From Eledone cirrhosa (lineage: Eukaryota), in NCBI GenBank assembly GCA_964016885.1, contig OZ024741.1:73780001-73844000 (forward strand): DNA of 64,000 bases, in the 5' to 3' direction. The notes below the pieces were generated by a model that did no database searches, had not been told where the DNA came from, and saw only the letters and a list, made by a program, of their open reading frames with translations. Each line of letters starts with the position of its first letter. Position 1 is the first letter of the stretch. Position numbers and translations under genes: made by a program. Shown here piece by piece: positions 56,098-64,000 of this stretch.

Positions 56098-56305
56098 TAT
56101 ATATATTTATATAGAAATGGCTTCTACAGGACTAGAACTGTTTCATTCGGGAGAATGGGGGGTGCTCGGCTTCCTGAGGATTTCTCCCAAATGAAACAGT
56201 TCTAGTCCTCTAGAAGCCATTTCTATATTATATATTTATACTCTGCAATGCATTGAGTACCTTACTTACTGTGGTTACCCCCGATTGAACCAGGGATAAA
56301 CTTAT
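56098..56305 (+). mobile_element. Short HHR element with inverted 5' arm, same family as 59827-60015
   Basis: HHR at 56168-56218: GGCTTC-CTGAGGA-TTTCTCCCAAAT-GAAA-CAG(TTCTAGTC)CTC-TA-GAAGCC; inverted arm ~56109-56155. Confidence 0.7.
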
Positions 56306-56371
56306 ATATATATATATATATATATATGTATCTGTATATGTATATTGTGAAGGCGCGTGGCTGAGTGGTAA

Positions 56372-56900
56372 GGCGGAGGGGGAACTTATCACGTGATACA
56401 GCGGTCAAGAAACAGAGTTAAGCCTCTTACAACCAAGAGAAAAATACCACAAATGGCGGAGGGGGTATTAATATCTCGGCTACAGACGAGGTGGCTAAGG
56501 AGGGCTAGAAGTGTAAATAGTGTAAGCTTGACAGCAGTCACTATACTTCTGTGGTTACTCTACCCTAGGGAGTTATAGACAATAAAAAGAAATACACAGA
56601 TACATGCGAATACATAGATATACAAGCCGAGATATTAATACTCCCTCCGCCATTTGTGGTATATTTCTCTTGATTGTAAGAGGCTTAACTCTGTTTCTTG
56701 ACCGCTGTATCACGTGATAAGTTCCCCCTCCGCCCTTCCGGGATTCTCTCTCACGCCTTGCGGACGTGTTTTGAAACTTTAAATGAGGTATTTTCTTGAT
56801 AAGTTGGCAAACCTCATAAAAATACTGCATCTCTATGATGTAATGTTTTTGCATAGCAGCCACGAAACTGCGCAGCCGAGGATGTTGAAGTATATTGGGT
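56372..56900 (+). mobile_element. Element with ~108-bp inverted arms and a decayed HHR
   Basis: Arms 56372-56480 and 56625-56733; at 56828-56884 CATCT-CTATGA..CAGCCAC-GAAA-CTGCGCAG-CC-GAGGATG. Confidence 0.55.
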
Positions 56901-56954
56901 ATATATATTTTTTTTTTATGTCTAATATTTCTTCTTTCTTTATAATATATATAT

Positions 56955-57072
56955 ATATAAGGAAAAAAGATGAAATCGAAAATGCAACTGGAGTCTTTTT
57001 AGGAATATTTATTGGTTTCGCAGTTCTTGTGCTTTTCAAAAGTAGAATTTAGATCGAAGGTTTGTGGTTTTC
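56955..57072 (-). mobile_element. Short U3:A8 HHR element, copy 2 (cleavage region lost)
   Basis: Minus strand ACTT-TTGAAAA-GCAC(AAGAA)CTGC-GAAA-CCAATAAA; homologous to 28628-28772. Confidence 0.75.
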
Positions 57073-57089
57073 AAACCACAAACCCTCCA

Positions 57090-57126
<37 letters not shown>

Positions 57127-57163
57127 AAAAGGACGATTTGTTATGTCTTCATTTCGCATATTT

Positions 57164-57254
57164 AGTAGTGACGCGCGTTTCGCAATTGGTCAGCTCAAGG
57201 TTTGATCTGTATTAATCTAGCCCAACTCTGGAATCAAAAGCTCGTCGGACTTCT
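57164..57254 (-). ncRNA. Type I hammerhead with long stem II, partly decayed
   Basis: AGAAGT-CCGACGA-GC(~56 nt)GC-GAAA-CGCGCG-TC-ACTACT; palindromic loop III, GUC triplet, U4 changed to C. Confidence 0.65.
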
Positions 57255-57791
57255 GCTGTGGTAATAACAGATTGGACCTGTAGGGCTTGCAAAGGTCTAT
57301 AACGATTCACATTCATTTATGGTGGTCAGGTTTAGTTCGTTTTGAATGGTTGTTTGGCTATAAGGAATGTTTTGGTATGTGTGATAGGTGGGGGAAGTAT
57401 CAAAATGAAGAGGTGGTGGTGGTGGGAATCGGTGGTATGTGTGACTTGGGGGGGTCTGGTATTTTGGCTGTTTCATAGACATTACGGCGTATATGTGGTG
57501 AGGCGAAGGTGCTGGGTGTGGTTGTGGAAGTGGTTATGGGCTATACGTGATGGGAGATGAAAGAGTGCGGTGCTGTACTAAGTAGGGTGCGTACCGGTGT
57601 ATAAGTTAGCCCATATAGTTAGTGTAGCAATTATTTCGTTTATCCATTCATATATTTATATTTATTTCACACATCAGCCACAACCCTTAATCCTTTATTT
57701 TATTTTTTTTTTTTTGTACAAAAAAAACCTTTAAGGATATAGTTAGTTTACACCAAAGCCTCACCCTTAACCTAGGCTTAATTTTCTTTCT

Positions 57792-58354
57792 TTATTTTTC
57801 CTTTATTTTATTTTCTTTCATTCGTCTTTGACAAACCTCTGACCAACAGAAAACCCACACCCCCCTTAGTTCTATTTCTATGGTCACTTTATTGAGTGAC
57901 ATTTGTTCTCGCAGTTTTCTTTGTTGTTCTGGTTCGTTAGATATTGATTTTATTTGTAATTTTCTGGGTAAAATCAGTGGGGTAGAGCTTATCCATTTTT
58001 CATAGATTCCAGCTTTGTTCATATTTCTCACCATGTTCCAAAATGTGATTTTTCATGCTTTTAAGCGATTTTCCAAGTGTGACTGATCTTGTTTTTAATG
58101 TGGTGTTGAGGTTATTGTTCTGATTTGCTGGTGACAAATGTTTCAATTGTGTTGCATAATCGCTGTATGTTGAGACTGAACTCATTATTGATTGTTCTTC
58201 TGTGATCTTCGTTGTGGCAGTCATATGTAGTGTTGTGTAGTTTATTGAGTTTTCTGTTAAGAAATGTGAGATTTCCATTTATATCTTGCAGCTCTTTTAG
58301 GATTTCTTCAATTATATTCGTGTTAGTGATGTCAGTATTCAGTGCCATTTTCAT
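57792..58354 (-). pseudogene. Disrupted ORF of unknown function (coiled-coil-like N-terminus), probably element-borne
   Basis: ORF pieces 58354-58112 and 58034-57792 read as complex protein (IIEEILKELQDINGNL..; RNMNKAGIYEKWISSTPLILPRKLQIK..). Confidence 0.5.
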
Positions 58355-58518
58355 AATTTGTATAGTTTATAATAGTTTAAAGGGGTTAAAGTTCCATAAA
58401 AATCAAATGTTATAGGTAAAATATAAAACTGAAAAAGCACAGATGTATATTTAAAGATTATCTTTTTCTTTAATCCGACAGAATGAATAATTTTATGATT
58501 GTTACATTAAATTTCGTC

Positions 58519-58563
58519 AAATATTACCGGTTTCGCTTGGTATATCAATCTTATCAAATATTT
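58519..58563 (-). ncRNA. Type I minimal hammerhead, U3:A8 core variant
   Basis: AAATAT-TTGATAA-GATTG(ATATAC)CAAGC-GAAA-CCGG-TA-ATATTT; perfect 6-bp stem I, one mismatch in stem II. Confidence 0.75.
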
Positions 58564-58639
58564 AAAAGAGTTTGTTCTCATATTTTTATGCACAAGCACA
58601 CACACACATATATATATACACACACAGACACACACAAAG

Positions 58640-58764
<125 letters not shown>

Positions 58765-59288
58765 CATACATATGTATATATATATACATACATATGTGAG
58801 TGTGTATACACATATAAACATTATATATATATATATATATATATACATACATATGTATATATATATATACATACATATGTGAGTGTGTATACACATATAA
58901 ACATTATATATATATAATACCTATGATGGCTAGTAGACCACTGATGACGGATATTCCTGGCTTCTGTTTCTAAATCTTCATTTATTATATATATCATATT
59001 TCCAACAACACAGCTCGCCATTTTTCATTCATATATATATATGCATACATACATATAGATATATAATATATGTATGTTGTGTGTATATATATATATGTGT
59101 GTGTGTGTATGTACATATACATATATATATATATTGTATACATAGTGTGTGTGTGTGATTATGTATGTATGTATGCATGTATGCATCTATGTATATTAGT
59201 GCCTTCATTGACGGTTATATGTGTACTAAAGTTGAGAGCAACGTTCTCTTCAAATATCTAAATATTTTGTTATATTGTGGGCGGGAAA

Positions 59289-59567
59289 TTATAAATTCAC
59301 AATTGTGGCTTCGACTATTTTGCAGCGGCTACGCTCTTTGATCTTACACAGGATGATGGTGTTATCAAAAAGTAATTTCCGGTTAATGATGTGGGGCGGA
59401 TCTGAGTTGCTATGATCATAAACCTTTCCACATCTGCCACAGCACTGTAAGAAGCCGACTGAATTTCGTGCAATTTTTTCCCCAATGTAAACTACTATTT
59501 GAGCGGTTAGATTGTCAGATAGAATACTTTGCAGTGTTTTTTCCGACTTTCTGCGTTCTATGTTCAA
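59289..59567 (-). pseudogene. Possible decayed Penelope GIY-YIG endonuclease fragment
   Basis: VVYIGE..IIL.K...RSR.KIVEA.I resembles PLE endonuclease motifs; the match is weak. Confidence 0.4.
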
Positions 59568-59734
59568 ATCACACCTTGGTCAACCTCACCCTTGAAATCA
59601 ATAAATAATGTATCAGTTTAATATTAATTTCAATTCTTCATCCACTATCTCTTTCTCACTTTTTTGCTCTATCCCTCTCTCTCTTTATGTATATATATAT
59701 ATACACACACACTCACACATATGTATATATATAA

Positions 59735-59826
<92 letters not shown>

Positions 59827-59829
<3 letters not shown>

Positions 59830-60015
59830 TTTCTCCCGGGTTTAATCGGGGGTAACCACAGTAAGGTACTCAATAGCAGAGTATAAATATTTAATATAGA
59901 AAAGGCTTCTACGGGACTAGAACTGTTTCATTAGGGAGAAATCATCAGGAAGCCCTGGTAATTTCTCCTGGATGAAACAGTTCTAGTCCTGTAGAAGCCT
60001 TTTCTATATTAAATA
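59827..60015 (-). mobile_element. Short HHR element with inverted arm, same family as 56098-56305
   Basis: HHR at 59904-59954(-): GGCTTC-CTGATGA-TTTCTCCCTAAT-GAAA-CAG(TTCTAGTC)CCG-TA-GAAGCC; decayed plus-strand twin at 59955-59999; 59827-59900 matches the reverse complement of 56220-56303. Confidence 0.75.
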
Positions 60016-60102
60016 TATATATATATATATATATAGTTGTTATATAGTAGGTTAAAATGATTGGAAATTAAATTTATACCATGCCTTCGAATCTTTATTT
60101 TG

Positions 60103-60205
<103 letters not shown>

Positions 60206-60601
60206 ATTGAAAAAGTGGAGATTAACATGGTCAACAGTACAAAAAAAGGAGATTTATTTACTGTCTAACAACTGTTTCCCTGATAGAGTTGTCTAAAAAT
60301 TGCTAAACACTGAAAGTAGAGCCACTCAATTTAAAATACATGTTGGCCCCACTACGCTAACTACTACAACATAGCTTTACTTAAGACAGGCCATAAAGAG
60401 CGACTCAAATACATACCAGATACAAAAAATAGCAACACACTTAATATTAATAACACTATCCATACCTATACAAACAATAAACCTAGGACTAAACATAAAA
60501 ATTGGCAGCAAACACGTAATTTAAATGAACAGAATGCTAATATAAAAACCACTAATAACCATAGAAGATGCAGAAATAGAAACTACTTATGGTTTAATCC
60601 A

Positions 60602-61300
60602 ATGTTTAACTCCTCTATAAAAACTAAGCTACCTTTCACGTTCTTCAAATTAGTTGACAAGCACTTCCCTAAAATTCATAAATATCATAAAATCTTTAAT
60701 AGAAAAACTATCAAACTATCATACTCCACTGCCAACAACATAGAATCGCACATTCATAAAATTAACTATAAAAGAATTTATAATTCAAGTAGCCCGCAAA
60801 TAAGTACCATAACACCAAATACAAAACAAAAGCATATAATATCATCGCAACCAAACACACGCCAGAGCACACCACCACAATATATCAACAAACCCAATTC
60901 ACAGCCCTTACATAGCAACCTACAAAACCATATAGTAGAACCGGCGCATAGAAAGGCATCTAAATGTAACTGCCATCTACCTGACAAATGCACTTTACAA
61001 AACAGATGCCTAGAGACAAATATAGTATACCTATGTACTATAAATTCAGGTAGCTTGGCATGGTATTACATTGGTTCCACAGCTGGTGAATTTAAGAAAA
61101 GGTGGTACGTACACAGACATTCTATGACTAACAATAATCTCTCGAATACAACAACTCTCGCCAGTAAAATCTGGCAACTTAAGAATGCAAACATAGAATA
61201 TGAAATCAGCTGGACAAAACTATCAATTGGCATGTCTCACTGCTGTCTCTGTAATATGGAACTTTTCAAAATTCTAAATTTCAACAAAATTCTTCTTTAA
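60602..61300 (+). pseudogene. Penelope-like (Neptune-type) thumb/linker and GIY-YIG endonuclease
   Basis: WFNP upstream in frame, F.KLVDKHFP, KIFNR.TIKLSYS, CNC....C.L...C, IVY..YIGST..FKKRW..H, T.LA..IW.LK, C.LC..E. Confidence 0.9.
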
Positions 61301-62392
61301 AATTGAACGAATTATTGAACGAATTATTTTTTGTCGACATAAATCAGCAACGAAATTCGAGAACTTTAGACCAACTTAATTCCATCTTATCTATTCCATA
61401 ACCCTGATTGTACCATTTGGATCTACTACGATATCACATTATCAGCAGCATCTTCACCATTATAATTACCAAAGAACAGCATCAAAACCTCTTATATTTA
61501 CATTCTTATTTTATATATCTCTATCTTTCACTCTCTATCTTTGCATTTCTCTCCCTAAACTTATTTCATCTCGGTCATTTTATCTTATCATATAATATAT
61601 CTTAAAACTAGTTAATTTACTTATTAATATAACCAATACACACATAAATATATTTAACATTATCATATTTTCAACTCAGTATCTATCCATATATTTAACA
61701 ATTATCAAAAACTATTCTCAATAATCTTAACATGTTTGAATATTCTCCGTACCTTTTTACACATTTATTTATTTATTTATTTTAATCTTCACTTTTCACA
61801 TATTATACCATTTTATATTACATTAGATGTAATTTATTTTTTTATTTATCTATTTATTTACTTTTTTTAATTTATTTTTTTATTTATTTATTTACTTATT
61901 TATTTATCTATCAATTTTTTTATATATTTTTTCATTTATTTCCTCATATATTTCTATATATCTATCTTTATTTTTACTTACATTTATTCATGTATTAACG
62001 TTTATTCATCTATTTGCCCCTCTACCTTCTTCTCTCTATCCTATTTCTACTTGTGTTTGTCTATCATACTCGTCTGTTTCTCCCCATCATTCTTCTCTCT
62101 ATCCTACGATATATCTACTTGTGTTTTTCTATCATATTCTATACATCTTATTTTTAGCTGTAATAATTTTCTCCTTCTTCTTTCTCTATCTCTTTTTTCT
62201 TTTTCCTTCTTCGTCTTTCTCTATCTCTTTTTCTTTTTCCTTCTTCGTCTTTATTCTTCCCTTCCTTTCTCTCTTTACTATATCTATCCCCCTTCCATTT
62301 TTTCTCTCTATATCTTTATTATTAATATTATTATTGATGTGGTAATTTGAATTTGTAAATTGCCGGTTACGCATATATTTATATTTTTTGAA

Positions 62393-62499
62393 AGTCTCTA
62401 AAGATATGATGGGGCCAACATGTATTTTAAATTGAGTGGCTCTACTTTCAGTGTTTAGCAATTTTTAGACAACTCTATCAATGAAACAATTGTTAGACT
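62393..62499 (+). ncRNA. Hammerhead motif in the PLE 3' pLTR (G5 changed to A, long stem II)
   Basis: AGTCT-CTAAAGA-TATGATGGGG..CTCTATCAAT-GAAA-CAATTG-TT-AGACT, then AATAAA. Confidence 0.6.
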
Positions 62500-62699
62500 G
62501 TAAATAAATCTCCTTTTTTTGTACTGTTGACCATGTTATTCTCCACTTTTTTCAATTACATAGGAATACAAGTAAAATCATAAACTCGTAAACCTCTTGT
62601 TGAGTCATACAACGCAGTACGCTAAAACTATCCATGATAAGAAGTATTCACAACTTCTAATTGGATTACCTATAGCGGTATCTTGTTATCCTATATATA

Positions 62700-62802
62700 T
62701 AACGAAGGAAATGTGGTAAGGAACCAGGTGGACCATAACGCACCAAAGTACTCAGAATTAGCCGTCGAAACGGCTTGAGCTCAGCCGTCGTGGTCCTACT
62801 CG

Positions 62803-62806
<4 letters not shown>
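62700..62806 (+). mobile_element. Minimal ~105-bp copy of the hairpin-ended element, with both ends joined
   Basis: TAACGAAGGAAATGTGG.. joined to TTAGCCGTCGAAACGGCT..CTACTCGTTC, between TA runs. Confidence 0.7.
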
Positions 62807-62852
<46 letters not shown>

Positions 62853-63119
62853 ATACATAAAGGACCTTCGCCAAAGTTGCTGACTATCCAGACAAGTTAT
62901 TTGCTCTTCTAAAATAAATTTCCGTTTCTTCCTTTTCTTATTCTCATCCATCCTTCTATTTCTTCTGCTATCTCTTATTCTATCTTCCGATGAAGGACTA
63001 ACGCCAGACACATTAAGACTCTCTTCCTACCGTATCAAGCGTAAATCTTGTATATGTATTATATGTATTCATTGTATTGTACTATTCTCCTGTGTTGTCT
63101 TCCCTTGTTGACTTTTCGC

Positions 63120-63151
<32 letters not shown>

Positions 63152-63152
63152 A

Positions 63153-63226
<74 letters not shown>

Positions 63227-63242
63227 TGCGTGCGTGTGTGTG

Positions 63243-63319
<77 letters not shown>

Positions 63320-63324
63320 TGTGT

Positions 63325-63404
<80 letters not shown>

Positions 63405-63708
63405 CAATCACTACGCAGAAAAATAAACATATGTGCTACAGCAAAATCTAAGACGGAATGTACCAAACAAATTGATGTCGAGTACGTGGAAGTAGAATAA
63501 ATTATTTGTCCAACCGTAGAGATTGAAACGCAATGAATTAATACATGGAAGAGCCCCTCCTATGGAAGGAATCTTCAAGGAAAACATTGGGGGAAAATGG
63601 TTTTTTGACATTTAATCACGTGTAAGAAGCATTGAATAAATGCAAATATGAAAATAATGTTAACATTTGTATATTTCCATCATCTTCTGTTCAGTGTGTG
63701 TATACACT

Positions 63709-63802
<94 letters not shown>

Positions 63803-63814
63803 CATACAAGCCAC

Positions 63815-63945
63815 AACAGAAACACAAACCCTCCATTTCAATTTTACTTTTAAAAAGCATAAGAACTATGAAACCGGTGAAGTAAATAAATAAATATTCT
63901 TAACAGACCCCAGTTTCATTTTCGATTTCTTTTCCTTATATATAT
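63815..63945 (+). mobile_element. Short U3:A8 HHR element, copy 3 (decayed)
   Basis: 63846-63883 ACTT-TTAAAAA-GCAT(AAGAA)CTAT-GAAA-CCGG-TG-AAGT, then AATAAA and CAGTTTCATTTTCGATTTC. Confidence 0.75.
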
Positions 63946-64000
63946 ATAACCACTAAGCCGCGTATATATATACTACCGCTCGAAATATTATTTAATTAGT

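Noticed and set aside
58936-58965. ACCA-CTGATGA-CGGATATTCC-TGG
   Set aside because: GAAA and stem III are missing; a possible deleted HHR, but not supportable.

Overview
This is repeat-saturated, AT-rich eukaryotic DNA. The SINE families and microsatellite style suggest an octopod cephalopod, which is an inference. I cannot support any intact host gene; almost all listed ORFs are microsatellite translations. The window holds a 4.7-kb 11-bp satellite, many (TA)n/(CA)n/(GA)n/(TACA)n/(GATA)n tracts and tRNA-derived SINEs. It also holds decayed LINEs (a near-full-length Tx1/L1-clade copy, two RTE fragments, a Dong/R4 fragment), Penelope-like RT/GIY-YIG remnants, a Helitron 3' end and small MITEs. 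The main hidden signal is RNA-level: about 15 type I hammerhead ribozyme (HHR) motifs read by eye on both strands, plus decayed ones, in several non-coding families. The best case is a 3.1-copy, apparently identical 462-bp tandem array (28785-30235) with one HHR per monomer, the architecture of a non-LTR retrozyme predicted to give circular RNAs. A diverged relative (478-bp period) and an unrelated family (484-bp period) show terminal redundancy plus 5' inversions, and two families carry the compensatory U3:A8 core. All folds and alignments were done by eye; no searches were run.
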